Shown here: in pieces, positions 1 to 7,892 of the stretch | Position numbering within the stretch: position 1 is the stretch's first letter | How the letters are laid out: the number at the start of each line of letters is the position of its first letter | Position numbers and translations under genes: made by a program | Notes under the pieces: generated by a model | Told to the model about the DNA's origin: nothing | Database searches by the model: none | The model's input: only the letters and a program-made list of their open reading frames with translations | Assembly (NCBI GenBank): GCA_020631975.1 | Contig: JACKGO010000008.1 | Span: 72,446 to 136,445, forward strand | Source of the DNA: Candidatus Nomurabacteria bacterium | Lineage (GTDB): Bacteria; Patescibacteriota; Saccharimonadia; Saccharimonadales; CAIOMD01 | Direction: 5' to 3' | Length of the DNA stretch: 64,000 nt

Positions 1-1509
1 TTAATGGACCAGTGGTTTATTAGTATGCAAAAACTAGCTGCACCCGCCATAAAAAATTTACAAAATAAAGAAATTACATTTTACCCAGCCAGTAAACGGC
101 AGCAAGTGATTACCTATTTACAATCTGTCAAAGATTGGAACATCAGCCGGCAAATCGCATGGGGTATACCTATTCCTGCATTCCAAAACATTAACGACCC
201 AGACGATTGGATATTCAACACATCGGTAGACCAAGAAGTCATAGAGTTAAACGGCCAACATTATCGACGTGACCCTGATGTATTTGACACCTGGTTTAGC
301 AGCGGACATTGGCCATTTGTGACGCTTGGCTATCCAGACAGTCAAGATTACAAAGATTTTTACCCCAATAGTGTTATGGAAACAGGCCAAGATATTTTAT
401 ACCAGTGGGTGGCCCGCATGATTTGTATCGGTCTATATGTAACAGGTAAGGCACCATTTAAAGACGTTTACCTGCACGGCATGGTACGGGCACAAGACGG
501 CAAAAAAATGAGCAAGAGTTTGGGGAATGTTATTGACCCTAACAATGAGCTGAGTACATATGGTGCAGATGCCGTACGCGTTGGTATGATAGCTGGTAGA
601 ACGGCTGGCTATAGTGCGGCGTATGCACCCAGTAAAGTGCTTGCCGGCCGAAACTTTTGTAATAAACTTTGGAACATAGCACGGTACTGCGAAACCGTAC
701 TGGGGCCAGATTTTTCACGTGAAAACCTAAAAGCATCGTCGCTTGCAGATAACTGGATTATTGACCGGGCAAATACGGTTATTACAGACGTTAGCAAGTT
801 ACTAGACACGTATCGCTTTAGCGAAGCGTACGACCGCGTTTACCACTTTGTGTGGGACGACTTTGCCGACTGGTACGTAGAAGCCAGCAAAGCGCAACTT
901 AACAAAAATGTGTTGGCGTACGTTTTAGAAGTTGCTCTTAAAATTACGCATCCGTTTGCACCATTTGTGACAGAAACTATTTGGCAAACACTTAGTTGGA
1001 AACAAGAGGAACTATTAATTCGCGCTAGCTGGCCTACTGTAGTAAAAGTAGATGAAAAAGCGGCAACTAATTTTACCGATATTAAAAATATTGTGACTGA
1101 AATACGGTATATAAGTAGCGCGTTGGACGTTAAAAACCCAAGTTTGTACTTTACGAATAATTCATTCCTAAAAGATAACGCTGATATTATCGCCAGATTT
1201 GGGCGGCTAGAAAGGGTAGGGGAAGTAGAGTCGGGCAGGGGACTACACCTTACAACTACCAAACACAACTGTTGGCTAGACATAGATTTGCATACCGCAA
1301 AAGTGTACGTCACAAAATTACGTGTCGCCAAAGAGGAAAAACGTGCACTCATTGAACGGTTGCAACAACGCTTACAAAACAAGGCATATACGCAAAAAGC
1401 ACCAAAAGCCGTTGTGCAACAAACTAAAGATCAAATGTTGCACGAAGAAGAACTCTTAAAAAAACTAGAAGCCGAGCTTACTACTTTTGAAACACTCAGC
1501 CAAAGTTAA
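1..1509 (+). CDS. valS: valyl-tRNA synthetase, C-terminal ~500 aa (5' end lies outside the window)
   Basis: Frame is open to the window edge. KMSKS loop (GKKMSKSLGNVIDP), DWNISRQIAWGIPIP motif, anticodon-binding region and C-terminal coiled coil typical of ValRS. Confidence 0.85.
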   Translation, partial: LMDQWFISMQKLAAPAIKNLQNKEITFYPASKRQQVITYLQSVKDWNISRQIAWGIPIPAFQNINDPDDWIFNTSVDQEVIELNGQHYRRDPDVFDTWFSSGHWPFVTLGYPDSQDYKDFYPNSVMETGQDILYQWVARMICIGLYVTGKAPFKDVYLHGMVRAQDGKKMSKSLGNVIDPNNELSTYGADAVRVGMIAGRTAGYSAAYAPSKVLAGRNFCNKLWNIARYCETVLGPDFSRENLKASSLADNWIIDRANTVITDVSKLLDTYRFSEAYDRVYHFVWDDFADWYVEASKAQLNKNVLAYVLEVALKITHPFAPFVTETIWQTLSWKQEELLIRASWPTVVKVDEKAATNFTDIKNIVTEIRYISSALDVKNPSLYFTNNSFLKDNADIIARFGRLERVGEVESGRGLHLTTTKHNCWLDIDLHTAKVYVTKLRVAKEEKRALIERLQQRLQNKAYTQKAPKAVVQQTKDQMLHEEELLKKLEAELTTFETLSQS

Positions 1510-1523
1510 CATATTTTAATAAG

Positions 1524-1560
1524 CTAAAGAAAAGCCCCCGATATCGCTCGGGGGCAGGCG
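1524..1560. terminator. hairpin terminator between convergent valS and the small minus-strand gene
   Basis: Stem gcccccga (1534-1541) pairs with tcgggggc (1548-1555). A-rich run upstream, so there is a T-run on the minus strand. Confidence 0.6.
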
Positions 1561-1574
1561 TTTGGGGGCAGTGG

Positions 1575-1817
1575 TCATACCATGCCCTTGTAATGGAGCA
1601 TGTGTTGCTTGCCGGTGAATTGAATGGCTTCGTCCATACTGACAACCGGCAGATTGTTCCATCGGCTGCCTTTGGGCAACATCTGCCCGTTGGACGAGTC
1701 GACCGCGTAAGCGATCTTCGCACCACAACTGCAGTGCGTTATGCCGCAGATAAAGTTCATCTGGTGGCAGGCGGTCTCGCTGTTTGTGCGATACACCAAC
1801 ACCCACGTTTCTGGCAT
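1575..1817 (-). CDS. small Cys/His-rich hypothetical protein (80 aa)
   Basis: Internal Met of track ORF 1575..1847 is preceded by a perfect AGGAGG (plus-strand ctcctcct at 1820-1828). Contains CHQMNFICGITHCSCG. Followed by the terminator at 1524-1560. Confidence 0.5.
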   Translation of the reverse strand: MPETWVLVYRTNSETACHQMNFICGITHCSCGAKIAYAVDSSNGQMLPKGSRWNNLPVVSMDEAIQFTGKQHMLHYKGMV

Positions 1818-1888
1818 TGCTCCTCCTAGTGTGGAAAAACATAGCACTGTGCTGCATAAAATATTATATAATATTCAGTCTTTTTAGT

Positions 1889-2764
1889 CTAGCCTTCGTA
1901 GGCAAGGGCTTCTATGATGCGCTTGGCGCCTTCTTCTGGGCGATAATCATCAAACCACAGTACGTGCCACCCAAGCCGTTCCGCAGCCATCAGGTTGGGC
2001 CTGCTATCGTCTATAAGTAATATCTCTGCCGGTTCACAGCCTGCCATATCTTGAGCTGCTTGGTATATTTCTGGTTCTGGCTTAATGTACCCAGCTTCTG
2101 ATGAATCTATAATGGCATCGTACGCAACATCAGGCAAAATATGTGTTTGTAGCATTTGCTGTAACAATCCCGGCATAATGTTAGTCATAAGCCCTATTTT
2201 GTAGTGATCTGCTACCCACGCAACACATTCTTTGAGTTCGGTGATTGGTTCTATATTGGCAAGATAGTATTTACCCCAGTCTATTGATGGGACACCAATG
2301 CGTTTTGCCAAAATTGAGTTAAATTCTTCTGTTGGCATTTGGCCCTTGCAGATATCATCGTTATAGTGCCAAAACATTGCCTCTATACCATCTGCAGACG
2401 CACCAGTATCGGCTGAAATTTGTGTAAAAGCACGCTGAAAAAAACGTACCAATGTACCATTGACGTCAAAGTACACAAACCGAACGCCATTTTTGGCAGT
2501 TTGGTACTGTTTTGCGGGTGCTGCAGGTGCTTGTGTTGTGGTAATACCCGTTAAAGCTTCTACGGTGGTACCCGTAACGGCGGCAATTGTTGCTACAGTA
2601 AAAACACTTGGTGTCTTTATAGCACCACGTTCAATTTTTGCTAAGGTGCTATACGACAAATTTGCAGTATTACAAAGTTCCTGCTGCGTAAACCCAGCCG
2701 CTTTTCTAGCAGCAGCGATTGCCTGCGCTAATATTAATTCTTGGTTAGGACCCACCTCTGACAT
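1889..2764 (-). CDS. fusion protein: N-terminal XRE-type HTH plus C-terminal HAD-superfamily hydrolase
   Basis: HTH_3-like QQELCNTANLSYSTLAKIERG. HAD motif I variant FDVNGTL and motif IV-like LLIDDS. A P/A-rich linker joins the two parts. Confidence 0.8.
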   Translation of the reverse strand: MSEVGPNQELILAQAIAAARKAAGFTQQELCNTANLSYSTLAKIERGAIKTPSVFTVATIAAVTGTTVEALTGITTTQAPAAPAKQYQTAKNGVRFVYFDVNGTLVRFFQRAFTQISADTGASADGIEAMFWHYNDDICKGQMPTEEFNSILAKRIGVPSIDWGKYYLANIEPITELKECVAWVADHYKIGLMTNIMPGLLQQMLQTHILPDVAYDAIIDSSEAGYIKPEPEIYQAAQDMAGCEPAEILLIDDSRPNLMAAERLGWHVLWFDDYRPEEGAKRIIEALAYEG

Positions 2765-2947
2765 TACTTATTATTCTAGCACGATACGGCTAGTAGTATA
2801 CAAATATTGCAAATTAATCTATATTATCGGGCTTGTATTGCAACGAAATAACCGTTGGGTATGAGCAACGGTACACGCATTGACATCCACTACCAAGCCA
2901 AACACACTACTCATCCTCAACACTTTAAATAAATGCTTCTTTTGCAT

Positions 2948-2991
2948 AAAACACATATATTTAACACGGTCGTGTTAAATATATGTGTTTT
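2948..2991. promoter_or_regulatory. perfect palindrome with 21-nt arms (A-tract / stem / T-tract) in a divergent intergenic region
   Basis: aaaacacatatatttaacacg (2948-2968), gt, cgtgttaaatatatgtgtttt (2971-2991). Lies between the HTH-HAD gene and pyrH. Either a bidirectional-terminator-like hairpin or an operator. Confidence 0.6.
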
Positions 2992-3080
2992 TGGTTGTGT
3001 ATTATTAAGGTTGTTACTGGTTTAGTATATGTACGTATGCAATCAAACGAAAGTGTCTATTTAATAGCGAGGAGGAAATA

Positions 3081-3788
3081 GTGCAGCAAAGAGTTATGTT
3101 AAAAATTTCGGGTGAACAATTAGGGTCAGATGAATACACGTTTGACCTTAACTACGCAACCCGTGTAGCCAGTGTAGTCGTCGCGTTACAAGAGGCTGGC
3201 CATAAGGTTGCGTGTGTTATGGGTGGGGGTAATGTTGTGCGCGGTAGTAAGCTACACGCCAATGGCTTTACTAATCAAGTTATTGCAGATCAAATGGGAA
3301 TGCTGGCGACTGTACAAAATGGGTTATTTTTAGCAGAGACACTCAAGCAACAAGGCCTAAACAATATACGACTCTACAGTAATATACCTGTTGAGTCTGT
3401 ATGTGAACGCTTTAGCTACCAGAATGCTGAAGTTTTGTTAAGTAATGGGGGAGTTGTTTTGATTGCGGGTGGCTTGGGCAAGCCAGGTTTTACGACAGAT
3501 ACTGGCGTGGTCGCACAAGCATTTGAGCTGCATTGTCCGATTGTTATAAAAACCACTAAGGTAGATGGTGTGTACGACAAAGACCCAGAGCACCATTCTG
3601 ATGCCGTGCGATATGAACGTATTGCTTATAGTGATGTGCTCGCAAATAAACATATAGCAGTAATGGACAAAGCCGCCATGGCGTTTGCTGCCGACAAGGC
3701 AATCACAATAGGCATTTGCCAACCTAACCCACAAGATGTGTTAGCGCTGCTAGGGGGCGACACGAGCCGTGGCACTTTAGTTAGCTAA
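3081..3788 (+). CDS. pyrH: uridylate (UMP) kinase
   Basis: GTG start with GAGGAGG 6 nt upstream. MLKISGE...GGGNVVRG amino-acid-kinase fold motifs, ~235 aa. Confidence 0.9.
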   Translation: MQQRVMLKISGEQLGSDEYTFDLNYATRVASVVVALQEAGHKVACVMGGGNVVRGSKLHANGFTNQVIADQMGMLATVQNGLFLAETLKQQGLNNIRLYSNIPVESVCERFSYQNAEVLLSNGGVVLIAGGLGKPGFTTDTGVVAQAFELHCPIVIKTTKVDGVYDKDPEHHSDAVRYERIAYSDVLANKHIAVMDKAAMAFAADKAITIGICQPNPQDVLALLGGDTSRGTLVS

Positions 3789-3791
3789 CCA

Positions 3792-4448
3792 CTAAGTTGT
3801 AAATTCTGTTTCAATTTCTACAAATGTGGTCTGCCGAGCATACGCATCAAGCAGCTCATCAACACCAGGCGATAAACGACATCTATCTATCGCGTTTATA
3901 TCGTAAAAAGCACCTTTGGATTTCAGGAGGATGTCGTTTGGTACAGCAACTCGTATAAGTAGTCCGATGTAGTCAGAAATGACACAGCCATGCTGCCTCA
4001 CGACAACATGTGCGGTTCCAAAATAATCAAATTCTATAGACTCAGCCGTCTCACACACCCGTTCGAAAAACTCTCTTTTAGCAGCGGCAAATACTGTTTC
4101 GTCTCGATGCATTTTACCGATGACCAAGCCGCCCATACCTATAAACGGCTGTCGGTGTTTAATTCTAATAAGTACCTGCCCATTCTGATTTATTACAAAC
4201 AATATCGTAAGTACCTGCGGCTGGGAACGCTCTTTTTTTAATGTTGTACTGTGTCTTGCGGCATAGGCAAGCCCTTTATTAGCAAGTGTATAAAAACCAT
4301 CTACTTTTGCAACATACCCAAAAAACAAAAGCTGTTTTAAGTGATACTGATATAAATTACTCTCTACACGTGGTGGGCGCATATCTTTATTACGAAGTGT
4401 CTTAGCTTGTGATAGTTTGTCAAGTATATATAATTGAATATAATGCAT
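3792..4448 (-). CDS. winged-HTH plus Nudix-like domain protein
   Basis: N-terminal wHTH-like segment (LYQYHLKQLLFFGYVAKVDG). Nudix-box-like GKMHRDETVFAAAKREFFERV, approximating Gx5Ex7REUxEE. Confidence 0.5.
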   Translation of the reverse strand: MHYIQLYILDKLSQAKTLRNKDMRPPRVESNLYQYHLKQLLFFGYVAKVDGFYTLANKGLAYAARHSTTLKKERSQPQVLTILFVINQNGQVLIRIKHRQPFIGMGGLVIGKMHRDETVFAAAKREFFERVCETAESIEFDYFGTAHVVVRQHGCVISDYIGLLIRVAVPNDILLKSKGAFYDINAIDRCRLSPGVDELLDAYARQTTFVEIETEFTT

Positions 4449-4570
4449 TGATATAATAATAACAGTTTATTAATGGTATTATTGTCAACTTTATTTGAGT
4501 CAATACTATTTTTCTATATTCGTTCTTATCCTTGTAATAGAATTACACTGTAATCAAGGAGATTAAAAAT

Positions 4571-5158
4571 ATGCGCACACCCGAAAGTATTGTTCTAGTA
4601 GACATGGATGGTGTCATGGCAGATTTTGATGGAAAGGTTCTTCAGGATCTCGAAGATTTGTACCCACACGTGCCAATACCACACCCAAGAAATAGCTTTT
4701 ATATAGATGACGACATGGCGCCAGAACACAAACCAATTGTGCGTGAAATTATATCAAAGCCTGGTTTTTTTACGCAGTTAGGTGTTATTGAGGGAACCCA
4801 TCAAGGCTGGGAATTACTACTAGACGCTGGCTACACACCACAAATATGCAGCGCACCACTCAGAAAAAACCCAACCTGCGAGCAAGATAAACTTGCATGG
4901 CTAGAAGAGCACTTCGTTCCACAATTTGGGCATTGGGTTATAGACACAGCCATCATTACCAAAGATAAGGCAAGTTGTAGCGGGCTAGCAATTATCGAAG
5001 ACCGACCAGAAATTAAAGATGCCCATAGAGCAGAATGGAAGCACGTTGTATTTGACCGAACCTACAACCAAGATGCACGATCGCCGTACAGACTAGACGG
5101 CTGGAAAGATCCGTTTATCATCCCACTATTACGAACCATTGAACAGGAGGTGCTATGA
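4571..5158 (+). CDS. HAD-superfamily 5'(3')-deoxyribonucleotidase-like protein (NT5C-like)
   Basis: N-terminal VLVDMDGVMADF (DxDxV nucleophile motif). Size ~195 aa. AGGAG RBS. Confidence 0.65.
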   Translation: MRTPESIVLVDMDGVMADFDGKVLQDLEDLYPHVPIPHPRNSFYIDDDMAPEHKPIVREIISKPGFFTQLGVIEGTHQGWELLLDAGYTPQICSAPLRKNPTCEQDKLAWLEEHFVPQFGHWVIDTAIITKDKASCSGLAIIEDRPEIKDAHRAEWKHVVFDRTYNQDARSPYRLDGWKDPFIIPLLRTIEQEVL

Positions 5159-5412
5159 GCGAAACTTATGAGGTGCCTTCTGAAGGTTATGAAAAAAGGC
5201 TTGCGTGGGCAGAATACCGTGTAGATAATTTAGTAGCAAAATACTTAGCCATGGCAGATAGAGAATATGCGAAATTCAGAGATGATAGTTGGGATTCTGA
5301 CATTGCTGGCGCATGGTTCACCAAAGAAATGTTAGACGCAAGAAGAAAATACGAACTATATATAACGGTCGCTCACGATATTGCATCTATTATGGGCAAA
5401 GACACAACCTAG
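5155..5412 (+). CDS. hypothetical protein (85 aa), translationally coupled to the nucleotidase gene
   Basis: ATGA start/stop overlap at 5155-5158. No recognisable motif. Confidence 0.5.
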   Translation: MSETYEVPSEGYEKRLAWAEYRVDNLVAKYLAMADREYAKFRDDSWDSDIAGAWFTKEMLDARRKYELYITVAHDIASIMGKDTT

Positions 5413-5414
5413 TA

Positions 5415-5876
5415 TTAGGCGTGATGGTACCCAGTGCCTTTGTTTATCTGTGTGGCCCTGTAGAGCTGCTCTACCAGCAATAAACGTACTAATTGGTGTG
5501 GGAATACTAACGAAGACAAAGACCACACCCAGCTCGCTCGTGAGCGCACGGTGTCATCAACACCATATGCACCGCCAATAATGATGGCTATGTTACGCAC
5601 GGCGTGTAGTTGCATAACATTTAGCTTGGCTGCAAGGGCAGGTGAGCTGATTTGCTCACCGCGCTCGTCCAGTAGCCACACCATATCACTCGGTTTAACA
5701 ATCTGTAACAGTTTTTGTGATTCTTGCTTGCGGGCAGCTTGGGCTGCAAGTGAGCTGGGTGAAACATAACGCCATTCTAGTGTCATAGCAGCTTGTATGC
5801 GCTGTTGGTACGTTTCTATAAGTGTTTTTATGGCTGTATCATGCTTTTTACCAATAGTGATGATGGTAATTTTCAT
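5415..5876 (-). CDS. rlmH: 23S rRNA (pseudouridine1915-N3)-methyltransferase, SPOUT family
   Basis: MKITIITIGK..., IIIGGAYG, C-terminal FPHQLVRLLLVEQLYRA...YHH. Confidence 0.9.
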   Translation of the reverse strand: MKITIITIGKKHDTAIKTLIETYQQRIQAAMTLEWRYVSPSSLAAQAARKQESQKLLQIVKPSDMVWLLDERGEQISSPALAAKLNVMQLHAVRNIAIIIGGAYGVDDTVRSRASWVWSLSSLVFPHQLVRLLLVEQLYRATQINKGTGYHHA

Positions 5877-6059
5877 CTAGTTTGCCATGCCAGCTACAAA
5901 GTCAAAAACAGACCAAAATATTACAAACATAAACACAAACCCAAGTATCGTTACTACAATAGAAGCTCTTGTGTTGCTACCTGTTTGCTTCATCACGACA
6001 TTATATAGCCATGCGCTACCGCCTATGGCAAATAAAAGTGCAGCTACCCAAGACGCCAT
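5877..6059 (-). CDS. small two-TM membrane protein
   Basis: 60-aa hydrophobic ORF packed between HIT and rlmH with abutting or overlapping stop/start codons. Confidence 0.5.
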   Translation of the reverse strand: MASWVAALLFAIGGSAWLYNVVMKQTGSNTRASIVVTILGFVFMFVIFWSVFDFVAGMAN

Positions 6060-6463
6060 TATTCACCCCCTTTGATATACAATTTTTGAGCCATTGCAGC
6101 AAGACGAGCATGATCAGGCTCTTGTTGCATTCTATTTGCATTATAAAAATCATTGGCTACATTACAAGGAATAACATGGACATGAGCATGCGGTACATCA
6201 AACCCTTCAACACGCAAACAAGCACGGGTGGCAGAAAGTGCCGATTTTACTTGTTTCGCAACCTTTTGTACGGTATTAAATAACGCGGCGTAATCTTCTG
6301 GGCTTAAATCATCAAAATGGTCTACTTGTATTTTGGGTACTACGAGTACGTGGCCTGGCTGGATAGGATAGATATCTAAAAAAGCTATGGTTTTGGTATC
6401 TTCATACACTTTATGGCAGGGTATTTCGCCTTTAATAATTTTTGTAAAAATACTGTCTTGCAT
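6059..6463 (-). CDS. HIT (histidine triad) family protein
   Basis: Histidine triad HAHVHVIP and the N-terminal IFTKIIKGEIP motif. Confidence 0.9.
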   Translation of the reverse strand: MQDSIFTKIIKGEIPCHKVYEDTKTIAFLDIYPIQPGHVLVVPKIQVDHFDDLSPEDYAALFNTVQKVAKQVKSALSATRACLRVEGFDVPHAHVHVIPCNVANDFYNANRMQQEPDHARLAAMAQKLYIKGGE

Positions 6464-6465
6464 TG

Positions 6466-7134
6466 TTAATCCTCTACGCTGCCGTCTGCGCCATCTATTA
6501 ATAAATCGTGCACTTTTTTGGCTTGGTCTATGTGAAGACCGGGTATGTAGGCTTCTGATTTTGATTTAAGCACCCCTGTATCAATTGGTGCTCCTGTTGC
6601 GCTACCGGCAGTTTCTATACTAATACGTGCAAAACCAAATATACGGTCTAACACAGTACGTTCTATATTGACGTTTTGTATTTGCTCGTACGGCAAAGAT
6701 ACTTGTCGTTTATGAATCACACCAGATTCTATCTTTAAACCATCTTCGTTAATTTCGTAGGAAAAATTATTATACACAAATAAAGACGTAAGTAAGAGTA
6801 TTAAAAAGTAGCCCATAAGACCAAATACAAAAGGGTACGGCTGTAGTGCGGCGCCTACCAGCAACAACATAAACATTAGAAAAGTTTTACCAAAATAGCT
6901 TACAAAGAAGAAGAATATACCATCACCCTGTAAGTTCTGCTTGGGTATATATGCAACATGTTCACGCAACGCCTGTTTAGGGAGCTGACGCACGAGCTGC
7001 GGATGCTCTACGGGTGGTTCTTGAGCTCTAAAAACTGCTGAAGCGTGGCCATGAGTTGCTGCACCACACTGGGTGCAATAATTGGCACTCGCCGGCACCA
7101 AATTGCCACAGTTACTGCAATATATTTGATTCAT
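6466..7134 (-). CDS. zinc-ribbon plus membrane bPH (YdbS/YdbT-like) domain protein
   Basis: N-terminal CSNCG...CTQCG zinc ribbon, two TM helices, and a PH-like segment LKIESGVIHKRQVSLPYEQIQNVNIERTVLDRIFG. Confidence 0.7.
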   Translation of the reverse strand: MNQIYCSNCGNLVPASANYCTQCGAATHGHASAVFRAQEPPVEHPQLVRQLPKQALREHVAYIPKQNLQGDGIFFFFVSYFGKTFLMFMLLLVGAALQPYPFVFGLMGYFLILLLTSLFVYNNFSYEINEDGLKIESGVIHKRQVSLPYEQIQNVNIERTVLDRIFGFARISIETAGSATGAPIDTGVLKSKSEAYIPGLHIDQAKKVHDLLIDGADGSVED

Positions 7135-7205
7135 ATGTACAGTTTATCACTTTGGGGCGTTGGTGCTTGAAATAATTATCATGACAGATGATAATAAACA
7201 GCCGA

Positions 7206-7295
7206 GGAGAGGTGCAAGAGTGGTTGAATTGGCTTGTCTCGAAAACAAGTGAGCCAGCAATGGTTCCGAGGGTTCGAATCCCTCCCTCTCCGCCA
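7206..7295 (+). tRNA. tRNA-Ser (anticodon CGA), CCA encoded
   Basis: Hand-folded: acceptor GGAGAGG/CCTCTCC, anticodon arm CTTGT-CTCGAAA-ACAAG, long variable arm, T-arm GAGGG-TTCGAAT-CCCTC. Confidence 0.9.
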
Positions 7296-7353
7296 ATTTG
7301 TGAGCCCCGCTTTTATGCGGGGTTTTCAAATTGCTGTGAAAAGTGCATTCGAA
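7281..7353. repeat. tRNA-Ser 3' end plus downstream flank; an inverted homolog lies at 14986-15059
   Basis: The 26-nt block aaattgctgtgaaaagtgcattcgaa (7328-7353) is identical to the reverse complement of 14986-15011. The hairpin and the tRNA 3' end are also similar. Confidence 0.7.
7303..7327 (+). terminator. intrinsic terminator after tRNA-Ser(CGA)
   Basis: ccccgc (7305-7310) pairs with gcgggg (7317-7322), followed by tttt. Confidence 0.6.
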
Positions 7354-7540
7354 CCCGATAGGGTGAAAACTGCCAGTGGCAGTTTGCAAGGCCGGAAACC
7401 CTACGCACGAATGTGCCAGAGTTGAGGCGGGGCCGAAACCGATTGCCAATTGATTGGCAGTAGGATTGTGGCCGAATCCCCCTTTACCAACAGATAAGTG
7501 AAGCAATATAAAAAGCCCTAGACAAACTAGGGGTTTTTAC
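7350..7540 (+). other. structured intergenic segment with its own terminator; possible small RNA of unknown class
   Basis: Local hairpins (aaactgcc/ggcagttt, tgcca/tggca). Ends in the bidirectional terminator ccctag-acaaa-ctaggg plus ttttt (7515-7538). No credible ORF. Confidence 0.2.
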
Positions 7541-7541
7541 A

Positions 7542-7618
7542 TGGTACACCCGGCGCGATTCGAACGCACGACCTCCTGTACCGCAAACAGACGCTCTATC
7601 CAGCTGAGCTACGGGTGC
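7542..7618 (-). tRNA. tRNA-Arg (anticodon GCG), CCA encoded
   Basis: Hand-folded reverse complement: GCACCCG acceptor, D-arm GCTC-AGCTGGATA-GAGC, anticodon loop TTGCGGT, T-arm GTGCG-TTCGAAT-CGCGC. Confidence 0.9.
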
Positions 7619-7652
7619 TTATAAGCAATGGTTACTATACCAGATTAAACGG

Positions 7653-7892
7653 CTACTTACCAGGGTTATTTTGCTTTTTAGCAAGGATAATAATACCCAC
7701 AACTGGTCCAACAATAAATAACAATACTGCTACTGTGCCTGCCAACCAACTTACAATGTTTATAAGTGAAGCTATAACATTATCTTCTGCACTAAAGAAT
7801 AATCTAATAATTACTTGTAACATGGCCATGGCTACAAGTAACGTAGGCCCAGAAAAAATCCACAGTAACCCTTTGGCGGTGCTGCTCATCAA
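7653..7892 (-). CDS. small membrane protein (79 aa)
   Basis: Two hydrophobic helices. Start overlaps the stop of the upstream gene (7889-7892). Confidence 0.55.
   Translation of the reverse strand: MMSSTAKGLLWIFSGPTLLVAMAMLQVIIRLFFSAEDNVIASLINIVSWLAGTVAVLLFIVGPVVGIIILAKKQNNPGK

Noticed and set aside
539-1382. Track ORFs antisense to valS (539..736, 609..809, 840..1382 on the minus strand)
   Set aside because: They lie fully inside a well-supported ValRS frame. Their translations are low-complexity (S/L/C-rich) with no RBS. They are typical antisense shadow ORFs.
1496-1857. Cluster of overlapping ORFs in both strands around 1.5-1.86 kb
   Set aside because: Only one frame (1575..1817, minus strand) has a strong AGGAGG RBS and a downstream terminator. 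The others (R/G/P-rich translations) were discarded.
7147-7506. 119-aa minus-strand and 63-aa plus-strand ORFs across 7147-7506
   Set aside because: They overlap tRNA-Ser(CGA) and its terminator, and their translations reflect tRNA or structured-RNA sequence. They are not coding.
7350-7540. Possibility that this region is SRP RNA, tmRNA, 6S RNA or RNase P RNA
   Set aside because: I could not find:
- the SRP domain IV GGAA/AGCA motif;
- a tmRNA 5' GGGG..TTCGAC with tag ORF and tRNA-like 3' end;
- the RNase P conserved regions.

The region is also too short for RNase P RNA. I kept it only as an unclassified low-confidence candidate.
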